In this document: positions 1-9,327 of the stretch, piece by piece
How positions within the stretch are numbered: the stretch's first letter is position 1
How the letters are laid out: each line of letters opens with the position of its first letter
Source of the DNA: a virus
Length of the DNA stretch: 64,000 nt
Reading direction: 5' to 3' (one strand)
Virus record (IMG/VR): IMGVR_UViG_3300009548_000002
Translations under genes and position numbers: made by a program
The notes under the pieces: generated by a model
What the model saw: the letters and a program-made list of their open reading frames with translations, nothing else
The model's database searches: none
Told to the model about the DNA's origin: nothing

Positions 1-22
1 GTGCGGCGTCCATGATTCGTAA

Positions 23-79
23 TGTAGCCACGTTAGGGCAACAGGCAACGGGTTGACGCCTGACCCTAACGTGGCTACA
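23..79. repeat. Perfect inverted repeat TGTAGCCACGTTAGGG / CCCTAACGTGGCTACA, arms about 16 bp with a roughly 25-nt spacer containing TTGACG; candidate operator or binding site upstream of the RHH gene
   Basis: Read directly: arms at about 23-38 and 64-79 are exact reverse complements. Confidence 0.6.
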
Positions 80-80
80 A

Positions 81-275
81 GTGCCCATGGCCGCGAGAAA
101 GCCGAAGGAGCGAAGGAAGGACGTCACCAAGGACATCAGCATCCACCTCCGGGTTACGGAGGAGCAGAAGCGGACGCTCTCGGAGGCCGCCGAGTCGCTC
201 GGCATCGGCTTGTCCGCGTTCCTCCTCTCGACGAGCCTCAAGGAGGCGAAGCGTCTACGAGGCGAGCGCGCCTAA
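81..275 (+). CDS. Ribbon-helix-helix (DUF1778/TacA-like) small DNA-binding protein, 64 aa
   Basis: ISIHLRVTEEQKRTLSEAAESLGIGLSAFLLS matches the DUF1778/RHH antitoxin pattern (beta-strand, then two helices); no GNAT partner downstream. Confidence 0.5.
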   Translation: MPMAARKPKERRKDVTKDISIHLRVTEEQKRTLSEAAESLGIGLSAFLLSTSLKEAKRLRGERA

Positions 276-503
276 ATCAGTGACATGGAAGGGCTTTCGC
301 CGCCCATCGACGCAGTTTGGCGACGATCGGCGCGACGAAGCCCGCGAGCAAGGACGGCATGGTTGCCTCCGTTGGTTCACGCAGACAAAACGGGACCCTT
401 GCGCGTCATCGCGGGCCGATGGATACTTCCCATCGACGCGTCGGGAACGAAGCGCCACCAAGACGTGCAGAAGTGAGAGCCTCAGCGATACGGACGGCTA
501 TCC

Positions 504-998
504 GTGCTGAGGCTTCTTGCTATTTGCGACTCATGGTGGGGTGCCTCATACCGGGTCACGATCGTCCGTTCCGACTTACGTGTAGACGACGATCGACCGC
601 CGCGTGGCAGACACACCCATTGCCTGTACGCGCCAGCACAGAGAGCTTCCTGCTGTCGTAGTTGGTTGTCAAAATTTTTCGGCGGATCGTCGGGCAGAGA
701 TCCTATTCGTCGGGCATCGCGCCTTCATCGGGCAAAGCCCCTCGGCTCCTTCTTCGCGCCGGGTCACGACAAGCGTGCCGAATCGAAGCTCATCGCGGAA
801 GTCTTCGGCGACGTCGCGCACTTCCTCGCCGCCTTCGGCCGCGCACCGGTGGACGCGAAGCCCGCGCCGCCGGAGCACGTGGACGCGGCCCGCGCCGCGA
901 AGCTCGAGATCGCGCTCGTGCGGCTCGACGAGCTTCGACACATTTTGCTCGCGGAGGCGGAGGTGGAGAAGGAGAAAAAGACCGGAGGCGCTTCGTAA
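504..998 (+). CDS. Hypothetical protein (start uncertain; C-terminal half well supported)
   Basis: High GC3 from about 720 onward; N-terminal part of the ORF looks non-coding; no ATG near the well-coded part, so GTG/TTG start likely. Confidence 0.35.
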   Translation: MLRLLAICDSWWGASYRVTIVRSDLRVDDDRPPRGRHTHCLYAPAQRASCCRSWLSKFFGGSSGRDPIRRASRLHRAKPLGSFFAPGHDKRAESKLIAEVFGDVAHFLAAFGRAPVDAKPAPPEHVDAARAAKLEIALVRLDELRHILLAEAEVEKEKKTGGAS

Positions 999-1037
999 TG
1001 CGAAATGACGTATCCGCGCGCGACGGACTGATCTAGG

Positions 1038-1619
1038 ATGCGCGTCATGAACAGCGACGGCATGGGCGACGGTGTGGGCGAAGGCGAGATCACCAGCGGC
1101 TCGAACGGCGCCGCGAACGGCAGCGCGAACGGAAGCGTCCCCTTCGTGCGCGGTTCCGAGACGAGCGAGGAAGCGGCCGTCGCGAAGAAGCCCACGAAAG
1201 CCCGCGACGAGGCCAAGGTCCTCGGCTTCATCCATGGACGGAAAGGACGCGGCGCGACCGACGACGAGATCGAGGTCGGCACCGGGCTCTGCCACCAGAG
1301 CGCGAGCGCCCGGCGCAACGGGCTCGTCTTGAAGGGGCTCCTTCACGACAGCGGGGACAAGAGGCTGACGCGGAGAAAGAGGCGCGCGATCGTCTGGATC
1401 GAGGGTCCCGGCAAAGCTGCGCCGAAGTCCCCGAAAAAGAGCGCAGCGCATTCCTCGTCCGAAGAAACTCTCTCGCTCGAAGGCGTTCCCTCGTCCAAGG
1501 AAATCCGCGCCGCTTCCGAGAACATCGGACGGCTCGTCGCGTACGCCAAGAGCGAAGGCATCGGGCCGGGCAAGGAGCTGCAAAAGCTTCTCGCGTGGCT
1601 CGAGAAGATCGGAAGCTAA
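1038..1619 (+). CDS. Hypothetical protein, 193 aa, G/S/N-rich N-terminus and possible winged-helix core
   Basis: Strong GC3 bias in this frame; antisense ORF 669-1583 rejected. Confidence 0.6.
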   Translation: MRVMNSDGMGDGVGEGEITSGSNGAANGSANGSVPFVRGSETSEEAAVAKKPTKARDEAKVLGFIHGRKGRGATDDEIEVGTGLCHQSASARRNGLVLKGLLHDSGDKRLTRRKRRAIVWIEGPGKAAPKSPKKSAAHSSSEETLSLEGVPSSKEIRAASENIGRLVAYAKSEGIGPGKELQKLLAWLEKIGS

Positions 1620-2173
1620 CGAGAGCGATCTTGTCCATCAAGCGCCGCACCATCGACCCACACCGTCGCGTCATCGGGCACCAGCAAAACGAGACGTGCC
1701 CGGCCTGCGGTCGCACGTTCTTCTGCGACGACTGCGGCATCTGCAGCGAGTGCAGCTTCGCGTCACCGAGCTTCCTCGAGCCGCCCTATCCGAAGTGGCC
1801 CTTGCCGATGCTGGCGTGCAGCGAATGCAGTGGCACGCCGAGCCACAGACGCGATTGCTCCGTCACGAAGCGCGCGGCCGCCGCTTGGGATGGACCCGCG
1901 AAGGCCAAGGCGAAAAAGGCCGAGACGATGAGCGCCTTCGATCGCGTCTGGTCGGCGATGGAGTCGCCGCACGCGGTCGCCGTCTACAAGAGGCCGGGCG
2001 CCGAGCCTTGGGAGTGCTGGGTGAAGCACTTCTTCACGAGCGAAGGCGACGTGGCAGCGTGGAAGGCGGAGAAGAAAATCCCGCCGGACGAGGTCCACTG
2101 GTTCAAGACGACCGAAGAGGCGTGCGCGTTCGCGGCCGAGATGGAATCGGAAGTCGATCCCGATTTGAACTAG
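1595..2173 (+). CDS. Multi-CxxC zinc-finger protein, 192 aa
   Basis: ETCPACGRTFFCDDCGICSECSF and a second CSECSG motif; high GC3; competing ORF 1696-3300 rejected. Confidence 0.55.
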   Translation: MAREDRKLTRAILSIKRRTIDPHRRVIGHQQNETCPACGRTFFCDDCGICSECSFASPSFLEPPYPKWPLPMLACSECSGTPSHRRDCSVTKRAAAAWDGPAKAKAKKAETMSAFDRVWSAMESPHAVAVYKRPGAEPWECWVKHFFTSEGDVAAWKAEKKIPPDEVHWFKTTEEACAFAAEMESEVDPDLN

Positions 2174-3012
2174 AGCTTGTCGTCGTCGCCGTCGCCTGCG
2201 TTGCCATCGTCGCCGTCGTCCTCGGGCCTCTTCTTGAGATCGTGCTCCGCCATGATGCACGCGAACTGCTCGAGCGCGCTCCGCGGCGCGAGCTTCCAGT
2301 CCGAGAGGGCGCATTTGCCGAGGGTCGCGAGGATGACGGAAAAGTTCGCGAAGTTCTCGAGCCCGGCGAAGAAGCGCTCGTCGTCCGTGCCGAACGTCTC
2401 CAGGCTCGGCACGTTCTTGAACGCCAAATCGGCGATGTCGCTGCCCATGGCAAGGATGATCGTGTAGTCGAGCGCGCGGATGTCGAACCTCGGGAAGTCC
2501 GGCCCGAAAGGGATGCGGCTCTTCGTGGGGATGGGCTTCATGAACCGGAGGTCGGCGCGAAACGGCGGGAAACCGAGGCTCGGCCCGAAGAACGTCTGGG
2601 CGTGTGGGATCTCGAGGGTGCAGACCTTCGAGCGGGCGAGATTAATCGCGCGCCGCGCCTCGGCCTCCGCCTTGCCGTCGATGGTCTCAATTGCTTTCGG
2701 ATGATCGAGCAAACCCTTGATGAGCTTCTCCTTCAACGCGAGGAAATTGAAGCGCACGGCCGAGAGCACGCCGAGAGTGAACGTGACGCGCGCGAGGTAC
2801 GGATCCTCTTCCGCGCTCGCCCGTATCGCGCACGACGCGAGGATCGTGGCGACGCGTTCGCCGAGAACGCTCTCGCTGTCGTCCAAGCCGAACCTTCGCT
2901 TCTGGCGTTCCGCGACCCGCGCAGCGCGGTCCTTCGCGCGGCGCGCGCGATCCGCACTCCTGCCCGTGCCGCTGTCGTCCTTGCCGTCACTGCCGTCCAT
3001 GGGACGAACGTA
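2170..3012 (-). CDS. Hypothetical protein with acidic D/G-rich C-terminal tail (DDGDDGNAGDGDDDKL)
   Basis: Minus-strand third positions strongly G/C over the whole ORF; start set at MDGSDGKDD (upstream part lower GC and overlaps a + gene). Confidence 0.6.
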   Translation of the reverse strand, partial: YVRPMDGSDGKDDSGTGRSADRARRAKDRAARVAERQKRRFGLDDSESVLGERVATILASCAIRASAEEDPYLARVTFTLGVLSAVRFNFLALKEKLIKGLLDHPKAIETIDGKAEAEARRAINLARSKVCTLEIPHAQTFFGPSLGFPPFRADLRFMKPIPTKSRIPFGPDFPRFDIRALDYTIILAMGSDIADLAFKNVPSLETFGTDDERFFAGLENFANFSVILATLGKCALSDWKLAPRSALEQFACIMAEHDLKKRPEDDGDDGNAGDGDDDKL

Positions 3013-3091
3013 ACGCAAAATTTGATGTACTGCCAAACGTCGTACGACTTTGTTTCGCAAGGTCGTAGAAGCGCGGTATCTTCGGCTCTTG

Positions 3092-3418
3092 ATGAAGGGC
3101 GACAACGTCATTCGCTTTCCGAAGAAGAGCGACAAGGACAAGAAGAAATCTGCATCGTCTCTGCCGTCTTCGCCGCAAGACTATCCGGATGCGCCCTTCC
3201 GGACGTGGTGCCCGACGTGCAAGCATCCCCTCTGGATAAAAGACGAGGAGGGCTATCCCGAATGGAAGGTACCCTCGATCCCGCGTGCATGCCGCGGTAG
3301 CTCCTGGTGGAAAAGGACCTTTGGAGGCGGATGCCCGGTCCAAGGCACGCATCTTCACCAGCGCTGTTTCCTTTGCCGCGACGAATGGGTCTGCCTTCCT
3401 CCGAAGAAGAACACGTGA
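3092..3418 (+). CDS. Small zinc-ribbon protein
   Basis: CPTCKHPLW...CPVQGTHLHQRCFLC; good GC3 from MKGDNVIRF. Confidence 0.45.
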   Translation: MKGDNVIRFPKKSDKDKKKSASSLPSSPQDYPDAPFRTWCPTCKHPLWIKDEEGYPEWKVPSIPRACRGSSWWKRTFGGGCPVQGTHLHQRCFLCRDEWVCLPPKKNT

Positions 3419-3648
3419 TGACCGTCCACACTGCTTCCTCTGTCGTGATGGTTTGGCGTAGATGGGGTCAGTGGTCTGCGCATCTTTTCGAAAACGACAG
3501 GCAGGTCTGCGCGACAGCGCATGGATCGTTCAAGTCGTTCGAAAAATCGGACGCGCTGCCGCCTGAAGCTCCACTTGCATCATCGGGCACGCCGTTCGGA
3601 AAAGTCTGTCATCGCTGCCTCCGGTTTTGGAACAAGAACGCGCGATGA
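3415..3648 (+). CDS. Small CxxC protein (GTG/ATG start about 3415)
   Basis: VMTVHT...CHRCLRFW; moderate GC3. Confidence 0.3.
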   Translation: MMTVHTASSVVMVWRRWGQWSAHLFENDRQVCATAHGSFKSFEKSDALPPEAPLASSGTPFGKVCHRCLRFWNKNAR

Positions 3649-4421
3649 GTACGAAGGGCGACAAGTTCGGTCCGCTCCGATTCTCCGATGACGACGATGG
3701 TGACGACGAGAGACAAATTTCAGAAGCGCTCGGGAGCAAGATTTCCCCGCCCGATCTCTCCGCACGCGAGTGGCATCACTGGCTCGGGTACCTGAAGAAC
3801 CAGCGCCAGGAGATCGCGATCTGGATCACCACTGTCGGCCGCACGAACCTCCTCATCGGGAGTAAGCGCGCGTGGCTTGAAGCCTACGCGCTCGCGCGCG
3901 GCCACTACCAGCGGGAGCTGCTCTTCGGCTTCCGGAGGTGGGATGGCGCGGGCGCGGGCGGAAAGGAGTGGCTCATGAAGGGCGGCAAGAAGCTCGATCT
4001 GCGGGCCCTGCGCAAGATCTCCATCGCCGCGTTCGATGCGCGCCTCAAGACCATGGGCATCATCAAGGAGAACGAAGGCCGGCAACGCGCACTCGGCTGC
4101 CGCCGCACGCTCACGCACGTTCCGGAGGAGCTGAACCGGATCATCCGCATGCTCGAGCGGAGTCCCACCGCCGAGACGCTCGGCTACGCCCTCGGTAAGC
4201 TCTGGACGATCCGCGAGGAAGCCGGCATCGATCGGACGATCCGGCTCGTGCCCGAACCTCGGTGGCTGCTCGAGGGCGAGAAGAACCGCCGCGAGCGCCG
4301 CAAGATGCAGAAGCGGCAGTGGAAAAAGAGGCGTCAAGAATCCCTCTCAATTAGGAACGAGACACCGGACGGTTCGGATGGCTCAGACGATCCGGGCGAC
4401 GGGAATCCTATCCGTAGTTAG
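3627..4421 (+). CDS. Hypothetical protein, 264 aa, acidic N-terminus and basic C-terminus
   Basis: Consistent GC3; true start may be ATG about 3646 (MSTKGDKF). Confidence 0.6.
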   Translation: MEQERAMSTKGDKFGPLRFSDDDDGDDERQISEALGSKISPPDLSAREWHHWLGYLKNQRQEIAIWITTVGRTNLLIGSKRAWLEAYALARGHYQRELLFGFRRWDGAGAGGKEWLMKGGKKLDLRALRKISIAAFDARLKTMGIIKENEGRQRALGCRRTLTHVPEELNRIIRMLERSPTAETLGYALGKLWTIREEAGIDRTIRLVPEPRWLLEGEKNRRERRKMQKRQWKKRRQESLSIRNETPDGSDGSDDPGDGNPIRS

Positions 4422-4486
4422 GATTGGGACACGCCGAGGAATCAGGCGACGTGTTCCGAGACAGGGTAGTAGAACTTGGACACCGA

Positions 4487-5167
4487 ATGGCTCGCATCGT
4501 TTGCATCAGCGACACGCACGGGTTTCATCGGAGCCTCGACGTTCCCGAGGGCGACGTCCTCGTTCACGCGGGCGACATCACCTCTTCGGGCGAGATTTCG
4601 ACCATCATCGACTTCGGGCTCTGGCTCCGAGAGCTGCCGCATCCGCACAAGGTGATCGTCCCCGGCAACCACGATTTTTGCTTCGACATTTCGCACGCCA
4701 AATTCAGGCCGGAGGCGCGCCTACTCCTCGAAGAGGTACCGGACGTCCACTTCCTCTTCGACGTGTCGCGCGTCGTCGCGGGCCTCAAGTTTTACGGCTC
4801 GCCTTGGGTCCCGAACCTCCAGGGCTGGGCGTTTTTCGACCGCGGCGTGGATCGGTTCGAGCGCGCGCCGCGCGACATCGACGTGCTCGTCACGCACGGG
4901 CCGCCCGCGAACGTCCGCGACCGGGGCAGGGACCACGACACGCAACGGGAGCACCACTTCGGATCGCAATCGCTCCTCCGCTACCAGCGGCGGTGCTTCT
5001 CGCTGAAGCTCCACGTCTTCGGGCACGTGCACGAGGCGTACGGGCGCGAAGGCGAGTCGCCGATCATCGTCAACGCGGCGAGCTGCACGCCCGCGCCGTA
5101 TCGGCCCGAGCATCCACCGATCATCGTTGATCTCGGGCCGACGCTCAAGCCGGAGACGCCTTCCTGA
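4487..5167 (+). CDS. Calcineurin-like metallophosphoesterase
   Basis: IVCISDTHG...VLVHAGDI...VPGNHD...VTHGPP...GHVH motif series; start refined to MARIVCISD inside track ORF 4424-5167. Confidence 0.8.
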   Translation: MARIVCISDTHGFHRSLDVPEGDVLVHAGDITSSGEISTIIDFGLWLRELPHPHKVIVPGNHDFCFDISHAKFRPEARLLLEEVPDVHFLFDVSRVVAGLKFYGSPWVPNLQGWAFFDRGVDRFERAPRDIDVLVTHGPPANVRDRGRDHDTQREHHFGSQSLLRYQRRCFSLKLHVFGHVHEAYGREGESPIIVNAASCTPAPYRPEHPPIIVDLGPTLKPETPS

Positions 5168-5254
5168 TGAGACTTGGTATGCAGTGACATCTCTTGGGAT
5201 GACAGCGACGATGGCGCGCTTGCGTCCTACGCCAGATCGCAGTATCGTCCGGCC

Positions 5255-5557
5255 ATGTCGACGAAAGACATCGTGACCGAAGAGTTCAAGATCCCTGGCC
5301 ACGACGTCCGCATCCCGATGCCGAACGACGACGATTACGACAAGCGTGTCGAATGGCAGATCGACCATGGCCCCGAGCCGAAGCCGGGTGAGAAAAGAAC
5401 CGCGACGCGGATCTTCTACACGGAGTCCGACGTGCGACAGTACCTCTGCTGGCGGATGCTCATGACGAGCTTCGCAGAATCGACGCACGTCGCCATTTAC
5501 GTGAGACGCGTCGAGCGATTCGTCCCGAAAGAGAAAGCCGAGAAGGTGTCCGAATGA
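5255..5557 (+). CDS. Hypothetical protein
   Basis: First gene of a long overlapping-codon operon; start MSTKDIV. Confidence 0.45.
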   Translation: MSTKDIVTEEFKIPGHDVRIPMPNDDDYDKRVEWQIDHGPEPKPGEKRTATRIFYTESDVRQYLCWRMLMTSFAESTHVAIYVRRVERFVPKEKAEKVSE

Positions 5558-5769
5558 CCGACCGCGTTCATGCCCTCACCGTCGTGCTCGACAAGGACAT
5601 CCGCGACGACGACGTCCAGGTCATCATCCAAGCCATCCAGATGATCCGGCACGTCGCGGACGTCAGCGCCCACGTCGCAGACCTCGAGACCTACGCAGCT
5701 CGCGCCCGCGTCCGCGAAGATCTTCGCGACCGGATGTTCAAGCTCTGGAAGGATCTGAGCGATCCATGA
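5554..5769 (+). CDS. Hypothetical small protein
   Basis: ATGA start/stop overlap with upstream gene. Confidence 0.45.
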   Translation: MTDRVHALTVVLDKDIRDDDVQVIIQAIQMIRHVADVSAHVADLETYAARARVREDLRDRMFKLWKDLSDP

Positions 5770-6044
5770 CGCCCGTGCTCGAGTTGACCGCCTCCCAGTG
5801 GGAACTGCTCAGCATCGCGAACAGGGCTCGCGGGCTCGACTACTGGGGCACGTGCGACGACGTGGAGAAGCTCGCGTCGCTACGTTTGATCTTCATGGTG
5901 CGAGAGATGTTCGGCTGGGTACGCAAATGGAAGACGACGAACGCGGGCCGGATCGCCTACGTCGCGCACTGCAACGCGATCGAGGAGATGCGGCAGCTCG
6001 TCGCCCAGCACGATGTCCGCGTGAAGGCAGGGGGCTTCCGATGA
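5766..6044 (+). CDS. Hypothetical small protein
   Basis: ATGA overlap; GC3. Confidence 0.45.
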   Translation: MTPVLELTASQWELLSIANRARGLDYWGTCDDVEKLASLRLIFMVREMFGWVRKWKTTNAGRIAYVAHCNAIEEMRQLVAQHDVRVKAGGFR

Positions 6045-6364
6045 CGCGGCTCGCGACCGAGTGGGAGCCGACGTCGCTTCATCGCCTGCGCGATGGTTTT
6101 TACCTGCTCGTCGCTCGCGCGGCGAACGGTCCGCGGTGGCGCTACACCGTGACGCCCGTCGAGTACACGCAGCGAGGCGCGAGCCTCGCCTCCATGAGGA
6201 TGGGCCACAAGGCCGTCCAGTTCGCGCAAGCTCGGGGCTACATGCGCTCGCGCGAGCGCGCGATGCGTGCGGCGGAGGTCGCGTGCGACGGCTTGCTCAA
6301 GGCGCTCGCCGCCGAACGCAAAAAGAAACGCCCCATCGCAGGCGTGACGCTGAACGATCTGTGA
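6041..6364 (+). CDS. Hypothetical small basic protein
   Basis: ATGA overlap with upstream stop; start MTRLATEWEP inside track ORF 5798-6364. Confidence 0.45.
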   Translation: MTRLATEWEPTSLHRLRDGFYLLVARAANGPRWRYTVTPVEYTQRGASLASMRMGHKAVQFAQARGYMRSRERAMRAAEVACDGLLKALAAERKKKRPIAGVTLNDL

Positions 6365-6370
6365 GGAGAA

Positions 6371-6574
6371 ATGACAACTGTCAAAGAAGCAGCGCCGCGC
6401 TGCCGATGCGGCAAGCACTGGTACAACGAGATGTTCGACTTCTGGATGCTGGACACCGCGCCTCCCGAACCGGCGACCATCGTCAGCGTCAAGCCGCACG
6501 ACACGCTCGAATGCGTTCGAGGCCTCATCGTCGCGAAACCAAAGTCACGACGACCGAAGCGAACCTACAAGTGA
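6371..6574 (+). CDS. Hypothetical small protein (CRCGKHW)
   Basis: Track ORF; coding bias. Confidence 0.4.
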   Translation: MTTVKEAAPRCRCGKHWYNEMFDFWMLDTAPPEPATIVSVKPHDTLECVRGLIVAKPKSRRPKRTYK

Positions 6575-6597
6575 ACTGCGTGAAGGAGCAAACGCGC

Positions 6598-6798
6598 ATG
6601 AAGCCTGGAGAACGCATCGTCCTCGTCTACGACGGCGACCTTTGGTTCGCGCGGCACCTGCGTGTCATCGAGCACGACCTCGATCGCGACGAGAAGGTCT
6701 ACCGATGCGACATGCCGATCGGCACCGGACACCCGTCGCTCGAGAGCCTCGTCAAAAGTCTCGAAGCGAGCGGTGCACACGTGTGGGAAAAATCGTGA
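6598..6798 (+). CDS. Hypothetical small protein
   Basis: Start MKPGERIVLVYDGD inside track ORF 6061-6798; good GC3. Confidence 0.4.
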   Translation: MKPGERIVLVYDGDLWFARHLRVIEHDLDRDEKVYRCDMPIGTGHPSLESLVKSLEASGAHVWEKS

Positions 6799-7229
6799 CT
6801 CGTCCACTCCCAGGCGCTCCCGACAACGTCGTCAACGCCCTCGCGCAGAAACTCTACGCGCAGTTCCAGATCTACGTAGAGAACAAGCCAGTGCCGCCGG
6901 ATGAAGCTTGGGAAAAGCAGCTCCGAGAGCACTTCGCTTCGACGTATCAGCCCGAAGAATTCGAGATCATCGTTCAACAAGAACGTGCGAAGCAGGAAGA
7001 GATCTGTCGCACGGCCCAGATGCGCTGCCAGACCGAGTGGACCCACATCGCTTGGGAGGACCTCGAGCTGTTCGAACAGGTGGTCTTCATCGTGATGGCC
7101 GGCAGTGCCCTCGGCTTCGTGAGGGACAACCTCGTCGAGACCCTCGACCACATCGAGAGGGGCAACGCGCTCAAGCAAAAACTCCTCGAGAAGCTCGGCA
7201 AAGATCCATCGAAGTCCCGTCCCGATTAG
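6795..7229 (+). CDS. Hypothetical protein, about 144 aa
   Basis: GTGA overlap start; good GC3 across VTRPLPGAPD...SKSRPD. Confidence 0.45.
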   Translation: MTRPLPGAPDNVVNALAQKLYAQFQIYVENKPVPPDEAWEKQLREHFASTYQPEEFEIIVQQERAKQEEICRTAQMRCQTEWTHIAWEDLELFEQVVFIVMAGSALGFVRDNLVETLDHIERGNALKQKLLEKLGKDPSKSRPD

Positions 7230-7238
7230 GAAAACCGA

Positions 7239-7520
7239 ATGCCCATCACCGTGAACGTCGGCGAAGTGTTTTTCGACAAGCTCGAGGACGGCCGCTACGA
7301 GCGCTGCATCCTCCAGGCGATGACAGACGACGAGCCCGACCGTCATGCAGCGGCGCGGGGAGGCACGGGCGAGTTCTACGAGGCCATCGGTGACGAAGGC
7401 ACCGCAGAGGAACGGCTCGAGGCGCTCGAGACGGCGGACCACGTCATCTTCGACGTGTCGAACGACGACGGCAGCGGCTTTCCCAAGATGGTCGTGCTCC
7501 GCCGAATCGGAAAATCATGA
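7239..7520 (+). CDS. Hypothetical acidic small protein
   Basis: Track ORF; coding bias. Confidence 0.45.
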   Translation: MPITVNVGEVFFDKLEDGRYERCILQAMTDDEPDRHAAARGGTGEFYEAIGDEGTAEERLEALETADHVIFDVSNDDGSGFPKMVVLRRIGKS

Positions 7521-7723
7521 GCAACGAGCTGACAAAATTCGAGAACGATGAGCCGCCGACAGATCACGTCTATCTTTATTGGGACAACGACGAAAAAGAA
7601 TGGTGCATCTGGTTCGCCGATCCGAATGAAACCGGCGAACCTGAATTTCCGATGTTCAAAAACGGCGACTACGATCGATTCGACCACAAGCTCCACCGAT
7701 ACAAACTCGTGAGGAAATCATGA
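7517..7723 (+). CDS. Hypothetical small protein
   Basis: ATGA overlap. Confidence 0.45.
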   Translation: MSNELTKFENDEPPTDHVYLYWDNDEKEWCIWFADPNETGEPEFPMFKNGDYDRFDHKLHRYKLVRKS

Positions 7724-8019
7724 CGAACGAGAGATTCCCGAAATCCATAAAGGCGCTCCGCGCGAAGTTCTCACGCGGCACGCTCGTCCAGGCGCGCTTC
7801 GTCTTGGGCGATGGCGACGTCGTCGAATTCCAGGGGCTCCTCGAAGGTGGCTACTTCGACAAGGTCGTCACGAGCGTGCGGACGTTCGCGAACCCCGAGC
7901 CGAAGCACGGGGACTACGTGGCCAACTGCACGCATCCCGACTGCGTCGCCATGAAGGCTGAGCCCGGCTACGTGCCGACGAACCACGGACACGCCCGACC
8001 TCGTCAGAAAACCGGGTGA
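7720..8019 (+). CDS. Hypothetical small protein
   Basis: ATGA overlap. Confidence 0.45.
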   Translation: MTNERFPKSIKALRAKFSRGTLVQARFVLGDGDVVEFQGLLEGGYFDKVVTSVRTFANPEPKHGDYVANCTHPDCVAMKAEPGYVPTNHGHARPRQKTG

Positions 8020-8032
8020 TCCACGTCGATGC

Positions 8033-8284
8033 TTGTCGATGCCACATCCCGAAAAAAGCCCGCTCGATCTTCCGACGCCAAAAACCGACCGACAGCGTGC
8101 GCGGATCTTGATGGACGCACTTGCCTGGATCGGGGAGAACGCTCGGTGCGTCGAGGCCCGTTGGCACGCGAGCCGCGCGCTTTCGATCTGCGAGACCGAG
8201 TCGACCGAGTCGACCGAGTTGCTGAAAGGACCGCAACGTGACCGAAGACGAGCTTCAAAGCGCGCACGATCGAGCGTTCCGTAA
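8033..8284 (+). CDS. Hypothetical small protein carrying a 9-bp tandem repeat (GACCGAGTC x3, ESTESTE)
   Basis: Better GC3 than the overlapping frame 8029-8241. Confidence 0.3.
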   Translation: MSMPHPEKSPLDLPTPKTDRQRARILMDALAWIGENARCVEARWHASRALSICETESTESTELLKGPQRDRRRASKRARSSVP

Positions 8285-8558
8285 CAAGCCAAACGTCATG
8301 GCGTCTACGGTCTGCGGTTGCTTCTACTGTCGAAAAACGTGTGCACCGAGCGACGTTCGAGAGTGGGTGCGAGAAGTCGAGGGTGAAAACACTGCCCTCT
8401 GTCCGCATTGCGGCATCGACGCGCTCATCGGCGATGCTTCGGGTTTGCCGGTGACCGACGCGGCGTTTCTCTTGGAGATGCATGCGCATTGGTTCAAGAA
8501 GGCAACGACGTTCACTGCCGCGGAACTCGCCGCAATCGCTGGAAGGAACGAAGTGTGA
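8238..8558 (+). CDS. Zinc-finger small protein
   Basis: CGCFYCRKTC...CPHCG. Confidence 0.45.
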   Translation: MTEDELQSAHDRAFRNKPNVMASTVCGCFYCRKTCAPSDVREWVREVEGENTALCPHCGIDALIGDASGLPVTDAAFLLEMHAHWFKKATTFTAAELAAIAGRNEV

Positions 8559-9130
8559 GCGTCGAAGCTTCCGCCCCGCTCCGCGTGCAGCTCCGCACGA
8601 AGAGGTATTTCTCGTGCCCGTCGTGCGGTAAGCACGAGTTCGAGGTCGAGCACCTGTTCGAAGACGAAATTTCCGGCGAGCGTGAGGTCGGGCCGTGGCA
8701 ATGCGACGAATGCGATGCGACGTGGATGGTGCGCGTCCGTCCGGGCCACGGGACCCTCGACGTCGTCCCCGCGCCGCAGCGGTCGTGGCACAACTGGGAC
8801 ATCCTCGAACTCACCGGCGCCGGCAAGACGATCATCCGCCTCGTCGTTCCCGGGCTCTCGTTCGAGAAGGACCGGAAGCTCGACGAAGAACTCGAGCAGA
8901 AGCGCTTCTACTACGAGGAGAACACGTGTCCGACGAACTACCTCCGTCGGGCGACCCTCGTCGCGTCGGGCGACCATGAGCATTGGGGTGACGACGACCC
9001 GCACGGGCTCTTCCGCTTCGCCACGACGTTCGAACACCCCCTGCGTCCGCATCAAGTCTGGAGCAGCAACGAGATGAACACCCTCGGCGAAATCGCGTGG
9101 AAGACGCTCGCGAAGTTGGGGCGATCGTGA
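8556..9130 (+). CDS. Zinc-ribbon protein, about 191 aa
   Basis: CPSCGKHEF...CDECDATW; GTG start overlapping upstream stop; strong GC3. Confidence 0.5.
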
Positions 9131-9327
9131 GTCGGTCCATTCGCCCTGAGAAGAGTCGGCGGATGCCCGAGGGCCGCGCCGAGTCGCCCGAGATCAAGGA
9201 AGCCGTCGTCAAGCGCCACACGTTCGGCCGCACGGAGAAGATTCGACGCCGGAACAGGAAGACGTGGACGCGGCTCGCAAATAAGCGACGCAGGCGACTC
9301 GATAAGAAGTCGGAGACCGCGTCGTGA
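9127..9327 (+). CDS. Small basic protein
   Basis: GTGA overlap; R/K-rich. Confidence 0.35.
   Translation: MSRSIRPEKSRRMPEGRAESPEIKEAVVKRHTFGRTEKIRRRNRKTWTRLANKRRRRLDKKSETAS

Noticed and set aside
81-661. GNAT-type toxin partner for the DUF1778/RHH gene
   Set aside because: None of the three overlapping downstream frames (280-510, 285-476, 317-661) shows an acetyl-CoA-binding GNAT pattern or convincing coding bias.
669-1583. 304-aa and 184-aa minus-strand ORFs over 0.7-1.6 kb
   Set aside because: Antisense to + genes with clear GC3 bias (504-998 C-terminal half and 1038-1619). Composition is arginine/alanine-rich and random-looking.
1696-3300. 534-aa ORF on + strand spanning 1.7-3.3 kb
   Set aside because: R/A/G/E-rich low-complexity product. 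It overlaps a well-coded + gene (1595-2173) and a strongly GC3-biased - gene (2170-3012), so it is a GC-driven antisense/alternate-frame artefact.
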